Below are positions 21,874 through 32,046 of a stretch of 64,000 bases of DNA, piece by piece. Source of the DNA: Candidatus Hodarchaeota archaeon (GTDB lineage Archaea > Asgardarchaeota > Lokiarchaeia > Sigyniarchaeales > SOKP01); assembly GCA_048886685.1 (NCBI GenBank), contig JBHLKM010000002.1:7532-71531 (forward strand), given 5' to 3'. A program made the position numbers and the translations under genes. Below the pieces are notes generated by a model, which was not told the DNA's origin, made no database searches, and saw only the letters and a list, made by a program, of their open reading frames with translations. Every line of letters starts with the position of its first letter. The first letter of the stretch is position 1.

Positions 21874-22010
21874 ATTAAGCATTCGTCAATCTTTTTATCT
21901 TTCAATCTTTTTAATTAAATCAGAAGTATCATAGAAATTAAGTTAATTAATGTAGAAATTAAAACAAACAAAAAAAAAATTTGATTTAAAGGTTATTAAA
22001 GAATATTTCA

Positions 22011-22334
22011 TTATTCGGGTGGTGTTTGTCCTATCGCCCCATAAGCTTCTTCTTGTGTTGCCCAAGTCTCTATTGAATATTCAAATCCTGGGACTGGTCC
22101 ATACATAGCCATCGTAGCTATAGTACGTGCCATAGCTTCCTCAAATTTCCCTTCTTTTACCAAATACACACCCATCGTGATAATACCATCTAAAGTAGCC
22201 TTTACCGCATTTGGTACTACTTGTTCTCCTAAAGACTCATCTTGAGGATATTTTGCTACAACCTCAATAGCTTTTTTAACAACTGCAGGTATTGCCTCAC
22301 TTGGCCAACGTGTTTGAACAATTATATATGGCAT
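22011..22334 (-). CDS. Hypothetical protein, probable ferredoxin-like fold
   Basis: 107 aa ORF with an SD-like GAGGG upstream and an alternating beta/alpha pattern. Confidence 0.7.
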   Translation of the reverse strand: MPYIIVQTRWPSEAIPAVVKKAIEVVAKYPQDESLGEQVVPNAVKATLDGIITMGVYLVKEGKFEEAMARTIATMAMYGPVPGFEYSIETWATQEEAYGAIGQTPPE

Positions 22335-22524
22335 ATTTTTTTGCCCTCTTTTTAGTTTTTATACATTTTTGTGATTAGATTTCGGATGTAAGTTATAATT
22401 TCCATTTTGTATATAAATGTTTACCTTCTTGTCAGTGAAAGATGATTTTGTGAATCAATTAGAAAACTTTACGATATAATCATAGATTATTTTTTTTTGG
22501 TTTTGTATTTAAAAAAATCCAGTT

Positions 22525-24429
22525 CTAAGTAAGGAATATATTAGAAATTACATGTTCTAGAGAAGGATTATCTTTTAAGGTAATTGCTTGATGAGTTCTA
22601 TGAAAATCTTTAAATGGCTGCCAAATAGAACTGTCACTTTCCATTTTTTCGGCAAATTGAGTTAATTTTTGAGTAGCAAGATAGGTTTGTCCTTTAAATA
22701 GATAACATATAGAAAAAAAGCCTACAGGCTTCATAATTATCGTGTATTCTCCAAATTTCGCCCGATCAAGCCCCTTAGAAAACACCTCCTTACTGAATGT
22801 ATTAAAAGCCGTTAAAAAATTGCTAATAAATCCATCCTCGTACGACCAATCTTCTGTAAAAGGATTAGAAAAAGCGGGAACTCCTCCTTCAGCAATAATT
22901 AAAAGCAACACAGGTTCTTCATCGATGAGTTCGGGAGCATTCACGGCTCTTCTTCCATGCATTAAGTCTAATGTATCATCTAATGATGCCAAATCTAATC
23001 TTTCTGGTATCGGCAATTTTTTCTTTTTATAACTTTCCAATCTTTCTAACTGTTCTAATAATTTATCGTGTTCATAGGAGATTGCTCTTGCTAGTAGATG
23101 TAAGCTATGAGAATCAGCAATCTGTTGGGCTTCCGTTAGATATCGTCTGGCATCCCCCATGTTAAGTTGAAGTAAAGATATCTTCCCGTTTAGCAAGAAA
23201 GCTTGAGTTTGTAATAAAAAGGAGTTCCTTTGTTCTGACGCTTTAATTAACTTATCAACTAAAGGTTGAATGTCTTCAAGAATTGCTAAATCGTTCGACG
23301 CTATAAATTCTTGAAAATATAACTCACAAAGTAGCAATAAACTCTCATAGTAGTTATCAAAAAGGGCATCTATTGCTTGTATTTCCTCACAAATTTCCTT
23401 CGCAATATTTTCGGCTTCAGCCCTATCTTTGACACGTGAACTTGATGCTAATATATATGCTTTTGATAATCTATACCTAACCATATCTTCTGGATCTTTC
23501 CAACCGATTAATTTACCAATAATAGAAAGATCTTTTTTCCCTAAATATTGATAGAAATGATCTAAGCATTGTTGTGCTTCCTCACGTGAATCTTTGTATA
23601 AAAATAGTTTTATCATTTCTTTATAACCGCCTCCCGACCACGCAATTGAAGTTGTATCTGATAGTGGCTCCAGTATTTTCAGACTCTTTTCAAAATATTG
23701 AATTGCTTGATCTAGAGCCCCTTTTTGAAAGTAAATGGAACCAATGTTATTGTAAATTGCTCCTTTTACCAGAGCGACTAAAGGAGGAATTATTACATGG
23801 GTAGCTTTGATATGATCCAAGGTTTTCTTATGAAAGTCTAATGCGAAATCTAATTCCCCCTTGAATGTGTAACACGTCCCTAAGAGCCATAAATTAACTC
23901 GAGTCAATCCCGATCCAAAAACACCATATTTTTCAGATATCGCTAGACTTTTTTTAAAGAGTTCTATACCTTTGTCAAAACTACCCCCCCAATAAAAGTA
24001 ATAACCATTCATAGTAAAAAGAAAACTTTCTCTCAATTTAACCTCATCTAAAGGTTCTTGCGTAATGGATTTGAGTAATTTCTCACTTGAAAAAATATCG
24101 TCCCATATTTTACCTTTTTTATTGTAAGGACTAAAACTCCCAGTCAATTGTAAGATAAAAAATTTTAAAAAGATCGAATCAATAAAAAATAACGGCTTAT
24201 TTTGACTTTTACTCTCCTGATAATCTTGTTCTGCTATTCTAAGGCTTTCTTGAATTTTCGTCATATTGAATAATATCCATGCTTTAAGATATCGATAATA
24301 ATGTTTATCTTCTAGAGTTTGATCTCCTAACTTCTCAAAATCTATTAGTAATTGTAAACCTTCCTCTAAGTTTCCCTCACTATAAAGTTTCCATACTCGT
24401 TCTAATTCCGGGTGTATAGAAATACGCAT
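22525..24429 (-). CDS. TPR protein with C-terminal longin-like domain (paralog 2)
   Basis: TPRs plus the same conserved C-terminal ~135 aa; GAGGT SD upstream of the ATG. Confidence 0.85.
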   Translation of the reverse strand: MRISIHPELERVWKLYSEGNLEEGLQLLIDFEKLGDQTLEDKHYYRYLKAWILFNMTKIQESLRIAEQDYQESKSQNKPLFFIDSIFLKFFILQLTGSFSPYNKKGKIWDDIFSSEKLLKSITQEPLDEVKLRESFLFTMNGYYFYWGGSFDKGIELFKKSLAISEKYGVFGSGLTRVNLWLLGTCYTFKGELDFALDFHKKTLDHIKATHVIIPPLVALVKGAIYNNIGSIYFQKGALDQAIQYFEKSLKILEPLSDTTSIAWSGGGYKEMIKLFLYKDSREEAQQCLDHFYQYLGKKDLSIIGKLIGWKDPEDMVRYRLSKAYILASSSRVKDRAEAENIAKEICEEIQAIDALFDNYYESLLLLCELYFQEFIASNDLAILEDIQPLVDKLIKASEQRNSFLLQTQAFLLNGKISLLQLNMGDARRYLTEAQQIADSHSLHLLARAISYEHDKLLEQLERLESYKKKKLPIPERLDLASLDDTLDLMHGRRAVNAPELIDEEPVLLLIIAEGGVPAFSNPFTEDWSYEDGFISNFLTAFNTFSKEVFSKGLDRAKFGEYTIIMKPVGFFSICYLFKGQTYLATQKLTQFAEKMESDSSIWQPFKDFHRTHQAITLKDNPSLEHVISNIFLT

Positions 24430-24590
24430 AATCTTTACCTCTTTTTATTTACTCCTTTAAAAGTTCAGAGATATCTGTTAAATACGCATAGTTGAATTTC
24501 TTATAAAGATTATTATATTAATTTTATATATAGCTTATCATATTAATTTTTAATTAATAACTACTTGAGAATTTTTTAATTCGCAGACAA

Positions 24591-24635
24591 TGGATCAAAA
24601 ATAAGGAAGAAAAGCTTTCTTAAAAGCCTTTGGTA
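24591..24635 (-). promoter_or_regulatory. Putative BRE/TATA promoter block, copy 2
   Basis: 38/45 match to 19749-19793 in inverted orientation, about 160 nt upstream of paralog 2. Confidence 0.5.
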
Positions 24636-24890
24636 CTATCATTTCGATTTAAGAGGTTTTTGTCGTTTCACAGGAAATTTCATTGAAATCAGACTCCGAA
24701 TTTACCTTTGCTGATAACTCACTTAATCCCGAATGCTTAGTTTCAACTTGGATTTTCAACTTGAATGATAATCTATTTTACCGATTCTTAATTAAGTTTC
24801 TCAGTTCTCGATATATTATGTAAATATAGAATTAGGTATATAGATTATTAACTATCTATAGGGAAAATAACCAAAAATTAGAAAGAGCAA

Positions 24891-24962
24891 TGGACCTAGC
24901 GGGAATTGAACCCGCGGCCTTTCGCATGCCAAGCGAACGATCTTCCACTAATCCATAGGCCC
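24891..24962 (-). tRNA. tRNA-Ala(GGC)
   Basis: Reverse complement GGGCCTATGGATTAGTGGAAGATCGTTCGCTTGGCATGCGAAAGGCCGCGGGTTCAATTCCCGCTAGGTCCA folds as a cloverleaf with GGC anticodon, G3:U70 Ala identity pair, no intron and no encoded CCA. Confidence 0.97.
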
Positions 24963-25102
24963 ATCGATTATATAATAATTTAAACACTCCCAAATAATTA
25001 AATTTTTGTATTTTAAGACTAGAAACATGGATTTATCTAAATATAAAATATAAAATTAATTGAAGAGAAAATGGGATTTAAATAAAATGATTTTAGATAT
25101 TT

Positions 25103-26283
25103 TTATTGGACAATTTTATCAAGTGTATTCATCAACCCTTTTATCCGAGCATCACCTATCATTTCAGGATTCAGCTTATTCATGGCGAAAGCCATACATA
25201 ATTCCATATCTGGATCCATCATACAAAGAGATCCACCATACCCTCCCCACCAAAAACTTCTTGCACCTATATTGGTACCCAGTCGATCTCTTACATGATC
25301 ATTCATTAACCCCCATCCTAGTCCAAATCGAAGAGGGAATCTTGCAAAGAGATCTTTACCAGATATTTGTTCTTCTAAAGATTTTTCTATTGCTTTACGG
25401 GATAAAATTCTAACTCCATTTAATTCACCCCCATTAGCGAGCATTGCACCGATTTTTGCAATTGACCTTGCATTACCATGGCCATTTACTGCGGGAATTT
25501 CTGCAGCTCGCTAATCTCTCAAATTCAATTGTGGGAAATCCATCACCAACATACTTGAGAAAGTTTTCATAAAAATCGATTTTTTTATAAAGGGAAAAAT
25601 AATTCTTAAGAATATTCTTTGAAATAGGTTTGGAGGCGGAGGAGGGATCAAATCAGCAACTCGAAAGTCTAATTCTTTACCAAATCCAATATGAAAATCT
25701 GCATCTAATGGAGAGGCTATTTCCTCCTTAAAGAACTTCCCAAGGGTTTTTCCAGTTATTCTTTTCACTATTTCTCCTAGCAAATAACCAAAGGTCATCG
25801 CATGGTACCCAGATTTTGTTCCGGGCTCCCACCATGGTTTTTGGCTAGCTAATAGGCTAGTAACCTTTTCCCAATTATAATAATCATTCATCTCAATTTT
25901 TTCATCCCAACCGGATAAACCTGAACTATGACTAAGCAAATATTTTACAGGTAGTTTGTCTTTCCCAGCTTGAGCAAATTCAGGCCAATAATTCGCTACA
26001 GGAGCATCAAAGTCAAGTTGTCCTCGATCTGCTAAAACATGAATACAAAGTGCCGCCATTATCTTTGTAGTAGAAAAGACGTGTACAATTGTATCTTTTT
26101 CCCATGGACGCGTTTTTTCAGCATTTGCATACCCCCCCATAAATCAACTACGAATTTCCCTTTTATGTTCACAGCTAGTGATGCCCCAACATCTACCCCA
26201 GTTTTTAAATTATTAGCAAAATGGCTCTTTAGAGGTTCAAACTCACTTTCGCAGATTCCTTTGACGTCATTAATGTCTGACAT
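25103..26283 (-). pseudogene. Serine hydrolase (class C beta-lactamase/EstB-like) pseudogene
   Basis: Three ORF pieces join into one protein (FSTTK, LLSHSSGL, GYHAMT, WGGYGGS). Frameshift in a G7 run at 26132-26138 and an in-frame TAG at 25511-25513. Confidence 0.88.
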
Positions 26284-26508
26284 TTTAATGAATTAGTCTG
26301 TTGATTAGATATGATAGTTAGACGAGTTATATAAAGCTATTTATTACATATAGCGGGTTTAAGAGTTAAATATAAAAAAAATTTCTTTCTTAATTCTTTT
26401 TCAGTATATCCAGCTATAAATTCAAAATAAAAATATACTTTATTGTGAGGAATTGGTTATATATCAAATAATTAAATTTTTTTATTTTATTGAAAATAAT
26501 GACTAAAT

Positions 26509-27066
26509 ATGGTACATTTATTTTACACTACTTTCTCTTCCCCTTTCGATACGTTTACAATAGTATGGAAGGAAACTGATTCTGATTTACGGATACAACG
26601 AATCTTTCTTAGTGATCCTGAGCATAAATCCGAAACCATAGCTTTTCAATTTTTCAAGCAAATTAATTTAGGTTCATCTTCACTGATCAGATCGCTTGGT
26701 GAGAAAATCCAACGGTTTTTTAATGGTCAAAAGGTAGAATTCAATTTAGGCTTAATTGACTTTAATAGGTGTTATGAAGTTCAAAAGCAGGTGCTTTTAG
26801 CTGAATATGAGATTCCAAGAGGGTGGGTTAGTACCTATAAGCGAATTGCGGGTAAAATAGGTATACCAAAAGGGGCAAGAGTAGTTGGGAATGCCCTAGC
26901 TCGTAATCCATTTCCTATCATTATTCCATGTCATAGAGCGATTAGAAGTAATGGCGAACTTGGTGGATTTCAAGGTGGCATGAAAATGAAACGTGTGCTG
27001 CTGGAGATGGAAGGAATAGAGTTTTCGGATAAAGGAAAAGTTATTACTGATAAAATTTGTTATTGA
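26509..27066 (+). CDS. ogt: Methylated-DNA--protein-cysteine methyltransferase
   Basis: IPRG...TY, ARVVGNAL..NP, active-site IPCHR, LGGF.GG..K..LL..EG. Confidence 0.95.
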   Translation: MVHLFYTTFSSPFDTFTIVWKETDSDLRIQRIFLSDPEHKSETIAFQFFKQINLGSSSLIRSLGEKIQRFFNGQKVEFNLGLIDFNRCYEVQKQVLLAEYEIPRGWVSTYKRIAGKIGIPKGARVVGNALARNPFPIIIPCHRAIRSNGELGGFQGGMKMKRVLLEMEGIEFSDKGKVITDKICY

Positions 27067-27109
27067 CTTTCAACAAATCTAACCCCGATTTCTTTTTTAA
27101 TTAATTATA

Positions 27110-29065
27110 TTATGAAATTACCTGAGTTGAGATTTCAGGGCTTTTTTTAATGAAGATTTCTGTTATGAGTGATTCTAAGTAGGGATTCCCACTCAATTTT
27201 ATCGCTTGATGACTCTTCTGGAAATCTTCAAGAGCGTTCCATATTGTCGTTGTGTTTTGTACACGATGAGCAAACTGAATTAGTTTTTGTTTTGCGAGAT
27301 ATGATTGCCCCTTGAATAAATAGCACACGGAATAAGGCCCGATTGATTCCATTATTAACATGAATTCTCCAAACATAGCCCGGTCGAGTCCCTTAGAAAA
27401 CACTTCATTGCTAAAAGTGTTAAATGCTGTTAAGAAATTACTGATAAATCCCTCTTCGAAAGACCAGTCTTTGGTAAAAGAGTTAGAGAATGCTGGAATT
27501 CCACCTTCTGCAATAATTAAAAGTAATACAGGTTCTTCATGAATTAATTCTGGGGTTTTAACCGTACGTTTTTCAAGAATAATATCTATCGTTGACTCCA
27601 GCAAGGCAAGATCTATTCGTTCCGAGAAAGGGGCATTAGTTTTATGAAGTTCTTCCCATTTTTCTATTTCTTTCAATACAAGATCATGTTCAAGAGAAAC
27701 AACTTGTGCTGATATATTAAGCCCGTGCCATTCAGCCGTTTCCTGAGCTTGAGTAAAGAGGCGTCTAGCCCGTTCAATATCTGTTTCAATTAAAGCCAAT
27801 TTAGCTCGCATGAGATGAGTATATACCAACCATTTGTATGAACGTTGTTCTTTAGAAATTTTTAACAATCTATTAATTATAGATTTAATCTCATTTAGTA
27901 TTTCTGGATTATTTGTTTTACTTACTTTACCCAAGAGTATTCCACAGAGACTAAGTAAAGCGTAACAAGTAATTTCAGTATATTCAAAATCATCTTCAGT
28001 TACTTGTCTCAATAATTTTTCGGCTTTATGTATATCTTTAACGTGACTGCTTTTCAGGAAATCAGCTTTTGCAACTCGATATATATGATTAAAGAATGGT
28101 CTTTTATATTGGTCACGTAATTGTCGCATACGTTTTAAATATAATCTTGCTTTTTCTACTGAGTCTTTTTCAACATAAATAGTAACAAGATATCTGAATG
28201 CATATATTAATTGAGTAGAAATTTCACATTTTTCAGAGAATGTAACACACTTATTTTGAAATTCTAAAGCTTTTTCCAAATTACCCCGAAGAAAATAAAT
28301 TTTCCCTACATTAAATAAACATTCTATGATACCAGGGTTATAATCTAATTCCTCCGCTATTCTAAGTGCCTGTTCGTGATAATCTAAAGAGAAATCCAAT
28401 TCACCTTTAACATTATAAATAAGACCTATAAGATTTAAGGCTCTAATTGTGTATAAATTACGGATTTCCTTGATTGCTAGCACCTTCTTTCCGTATTTTA
28501 AAGCTTGATCAAGTTTACCTAAAGTATAATAATCCAAAGCTGTATAATAATGATTAAAAGCCTCATTATTCTTATCATCGATTCCTTCATACAATTTCGC
28601 TGCCTTTTTTTGGTATTTTATGGCGATATTAATTTGACCTTTAATTACGTGAAGGCCTGCTTTTCCTGCCATTAACATCCCCTTTCTGCGGGTAAGTTCT
28701 CGAGGTGGGACTCCTATTAGGGTATTAAATAATTTTTCAAATTCTATTAGTAATTCTACAAATTCTTTATATTTAAAGAGATAAAAAAGAGACAAGGCTT
28801 TTATATTCCAGGCATCAAGAATTCGAAGCTTGTTTCCCATTTCTTTGCTGTATTGATACACTTGTTCCGCAATGTTAAGAGCATCATTGAATTTACTTAA
28901 ATCAATATAAAGTCCTCCTTTGAATATCATAAATTCGACTCTTTCTTCTGGTGTTAGCTCTTCATTTTTCTCAATATTGTTTACAAGATCAAGCGCTTCT
29001 TGATATTTCCCAGTTAACCTGAGTGTTGTTCCAAATAATAGTTTTTCTGAAATCGAAGTTGGCAT
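27110..29065 (-). CDS. TPR protein with C-terminal longin-like domain (paralog 3)
   Basis: TPR array plus the conserved C-terminal domain; GAGGT upstream. Confidence 0.85.
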   Translation of the reverse strand: MPTSISEKLLFGTTLRLTGKYQEALDLVNNIEKNEELTPEERVEFMIFKGGLYIDLSKFNDALNIAEQVYQYSKEMGNKLRILDAWNIKALSLFYLFKYKEFVELLIEFEKLFNTLIGVPPRELTRRKGMLMAGKAGLHVIKGQINIAIKYQKKAAKLYEGIDDKNNEAFNHYYTALDYYTLGKLDQALKYGKKVLAIKEIRNLYTIRALNLIGLIYNVKGELDFSLDYHEQALRIAEELDYNPGIIECLFNVGKIYFLRGNLEKALEFQNKCVTFSEKCEISTQLIYAFRYLVTIYVEKDSVEKARLYLKRMRQLRDQYKRPFFNHIYRVAKADFLKSSHVKDIHKAEKLLRQVTEDDFEYTEITCYALLSLCGILLGKVSKTNNPEILNEIKSIINRLLKISKEQRSYKWLVYTHLMRAKLALIETDIERARRLFTQAQETAEWHGLNISAQVVSLEHDLVLKEIEKWEELHKTNAPFSERIDLALLESTIDIILEKRTVKTPELIHEEPVLLLIIAEGGIPAFSNSFTKDWSFEEGFISNFLTAFNTFSNEVFSKGLDRAMFGEFMLIMESIGPYSVCYLFKGQSYLAKQKLIQFAHRVQNTTTIWNALEDFQKSHQAIKLSGNPYLESLITEIFIKKSPEISTQVIS

Positions 29066-29189
29066 ATTATTATAGACCTCAGATAGGAAATAAGTATTGA
29101 ATTTATTCTATTAATGTTAATATTTTTTGCGATAATATATATTTTACATTTCTGTATAACCCAAAAGAGTCCTTTGCTTTTATCTATAA

Positions 29190-31283
29190 TTATATTAGAG
29201 TTGAGATTTTAAGGCTTCTTTTCATGAATACCTCCATTATAAGCGATTCTAAAGTCAGATTTTCACTTAATACTATCGCCTGATGGTTTTTATGGAAATC
29301 TTCAAAAGTCTTCCATATCGATGCTGTGTTTTGTACACGATGACAAAACTGAATTAATTTTTGCTTCGCAACGTAAGATTGCCCCTTGAATAAATAGCAC
29401 ACGGAAAAAGATCCTACTGGTTCCATTATTAACATATATTCTCCAAACATAGCCCGATCGAGCCCCTTAGAAAACACTTCCTTGCTGAAAATGTTAAAAG
29501 CGGTGAGAAAATTACTGATAAATCCATCTTCGAAAGACCAGTCTTTAGTAAAAGAGTTAGAGAATGCGGGGATTCCACCTTCCGAAATAATTATAAGCAG
29601 TATTGGTTGTTCATCAACTAATTCTAGAGCCTTAATCTCAGGATATTTTTTAAACTGATCAATAAATTTGTCAAAAGATGATAATTTTATGCGTTCTGAT
29701 ATTGGGGCACCTCTTTTTTTAAGGTTTTTCCAGAGGGATAGTTGTTCCAGTAAAAGATCATGCTCCCGAGAAATTACACTAGCTAATCTCTGAAGATCAT
29801 GCGACTCTGCAATACTTTGAGCTTGCATTAATAACTCATGTGTCTTTGGGATGTCAATTTGGATTAATGCCAGCTTCGCTTGTAATAATTTTGCATAAGC
29901 TAACCACTTAAATGAGTGTTCTTCTTCTGATATGTTAAGTAAACGAGTAATTAATGGATTGATTTCCTTTAATATTTCTGGATCATCATAAACCTCTAGT
30001 TCTTTTAAGTAAAGATCACACAAATGAAAAAGAGCATTCATAAGTGGAGGGTAGTGAGTCGTGGATCTCGCTTCAATAACCTCTTTAAATAATTCTTCTG
30101 CTTTTGCACGATCACGAGTTCTACCACTTTTTTTCAATACTATTGCTTTCGTTAAGGGATACAATATTGTTCTGAACCTTTCTGCTCTTTTTGTACCCAT
30201 CTGTTCTATTTGGTCTACAATCTTTTTTAAATGTCTAAGGTACATTTGTGCTTGTTCGTCTAAATTTTTTTCAAGATTTAGAATAACTAAATTGTACAAC
30301 GAAGTTTGCATCGCAATAAAATAATTATACTTTTCGCACAGAGCTAAACTGCGTTCAAAAAATTTTTTAGCCTGATCATATTCCTCCCTATAATAATAAA
30401 CTTGGCCAATCCACACTAAACTCATTACTAATCGAGAAATATTGTGGATTTTCTCCGCGTATAATGCTGCCTTTTTAAAGTTCTTTAAAGCTTTCTCTAA
30501 TTCACCTCTATTATAGGTAATAACTCCTAAATATTGATATGCATAATGTTTGATGTTAGGGCTACTTTCTTTGATCGATATACTCTGATTGAGAAATTTT
30601 ACAGCTTTATCAAAGTTTCCTTTTTCAAAATAAATATGTCCAACTAAATAAAGACTATTTGCTATACCGTATGGATTCCTTAGTTCTTCTTGGAGCGTCA
30701 AACTCTTGGTGGCATAATCTAATGCCTTATCTAATTTTAATCCTGTTCTGTAAGCATATCCAATTGCAAGTAAAGTGTCTGCTATATCGATTTTCTTGCC
30801 AATCTTTTCTCGTAATGCTAAACACTGGAATATTGATTCTAATTCGTTATTATAGTCATTCTTATGACGGTATAACCTAGATTTAAAGTATAAAATATCT
30901 GCTTTTAGATTTGAATAACTTTTAGATGATTTATTGGTAAGAGCAGTAAGTAAATTTTCGGCTTCTTTAATAAATACAAAACTATCGTGAGTCTTTTTAC
31001 CAAAGAGCGCTCGAGCTTTAAGAATTAGGGCATCAATAGATTCAGTGGACTTTCCAAGTTTTTGACTTAACTGATACGCTTTTTCAGATATTTCTATTGT
31101 ATTCCATGGTTCACCTCTATAAAGATAGATTTTTCCTCTTAAAATAAGAGATAAAAGCTCATCTTCTGGCTTAAATAATTCTTGTTTTTCAAGGTTTTCA
31201 ATTATATCAAGTGCTTCATCGAATTTAGCCTTATACATGAGCTGTTTAACATCAGCTAGTTGCTTTCGCTTCAAATCGGACAT
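29190..31283 (-). CDS. TPR protein with C-terminal longin-like domain (paralog 4)
   Basis: TPR array plus the conserved C-terminal domain, in tandem with paralog 3. Confidence 0.85.
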   Translation of the reverse strand: MSDLKRKQLADVKQLMYKAKFDEALDIIENLEKQELFKPEDELLSLILRGKIYLYRGEPWNTIEISEKAYQLSQKLGKSTESIDALILKARALFGKKTHDSFVFIKEAENLLTALTNKSSKSYSNLKADILYFKSRLYRHKNDYNNELESIFQCLALREKIGKKIDIADTLLAIGYAYRTGLKLDKALDYATKSLTLQEELRNPYGIANSLYLVGHIYFEKGNFDKAVKFLNQSISIKESSPNIKHYAYQYLGVITYNRGELEKALKNFKKAALYAEKIHNISRLVMSLVWIGQVYYYREEYDQAKKFFERSLALCEKYNYFIAMQTSLYNLVILNLEKNLDEQAQMYLRHLKKIVDQIEQMGTKRAERFRTILYPLTKAIVLKKSGRTRDRAKAEELFKEVIEARSTTHYPPLMNALFHLCDLYLKELEVYDDPEILKEINPLITRLLNISEEEHSFKWLAYAKLLQAKLALIQIDIPKTHELLMQAQSIAESHDLQRLASVISREHDLLLEQLSLWKNLKKRGAPISERIKLSSFDKFIDQFKKYPEIKALELVDEQPILLIIISEGGIPAFSNSFTKDWSFEDGFISNFLTAFNIFSKEVFSKGLDRAMFGEYMLIMEPVGSFSVCYLFKGQSYVAKQKLIQFCHRVQNTASIWKTFEDFHKNHQAIVLSENLTLESLIMEVFMKRSLKISTLI

Positions 31284-31421
31284 TTTTTTCTTCTACAAAA
31301 GATTTTAAAAATCTAATCTCAATGAATTATTTGGTTTTATTTTTAATGGATGATTTCGTAAATAGCAATTTTTATAAATTTCTACCAAAGAAACAGAAGG
31401 CATCTTTATATATATTTATTA

Positions 31422-31783
31422 TTAAATCGGAGTTGAGATTTCAAAACACTTTTTCAAAGAAGATTTCTGTTATGAGTGATTCTAAGGAGGGATTCTCACT
31501 TAATTTTATGGCTTGATGTGTCTTTTGGAAACCTTCAAGAGCATCCCATATTGTCGCTGTGTTTTGTATACAATGACAAAACTGAATTAATTTTTGCTTC
31601 GCAACGTAAGATTGTCCCTTGAATAAATAACACACAGAAAAAGGGCCAACTGAATCCAATTCACTTTTCATTCTACCAAAAAAATGGCCTTTAGTGAAAT
31701 TAAGCAACCTTTTGATATGAAACATTTCCCTCGTTATTAAGTTTAATAGCATGATTTAATTTCGAAGAATTCGAAATTTGCAT
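31422..31783 (-). pseudogene. Internally deleted fifth TPR-longin paralog
   Basis: ATG at 31783 gives MQISNSSKLNHAIKLNNEGNV (9/21 identical to the paralog 2 N-terminus); 31441-31660 encodes the family C-terminus with a +1 frameshift before EISTPI*. Confidence 0.8.
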
Positions 31784-32046
31784 AGTATTTTATATCCTAC
31801 GATGAAAGAATTTCATTAATCCGTATTTAATTGAATTCTTTTTAAAAAAAATAGAAGATTATTTTACTTAAAAGATTTTGGCATATTCCCAATTCTAGTT
31901 GAAGAAAAGGAAAAGTTCTTCATATTAAATTTCAAGAGAATTGTTTTCTTTACATCAAAAAAGATAAATATACTAGAAAGTAAAATTTACTAGTAAGTGA
32001 AAAATGAAAATTAGTCGACTCAGAATATTTTAAAAATAATAATATC

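Noticed and set aside
24420-24490. 11-bp direct repeat aaatacgcata duplicating the start of paralog 2 (uORF MRI*)
   Set aside because: Too short in AT-rich DNA to support a function.
24650-24765. Short minus-strand ORF and tttcaacttg direct repeat near the tRNA
   Set aside because: About 36 codons with no recognisable motif; two 10-mers do not make an array.
25511-25513. In-frame TAG as possible pyrrolysine or readthrough codon
   Set aside because: It replaces a family Trp by a single TGG-to-TAG change, the gene also has a frameshift, and no pyl genes are in the window.
31422-31660. C-terminal duplicate as a DGR template repeat
   Set aside because: No reverse transcriptase in the window, the differences are not adenine-specific, and a matching gene start exists upstream, so it is a deletion relic.
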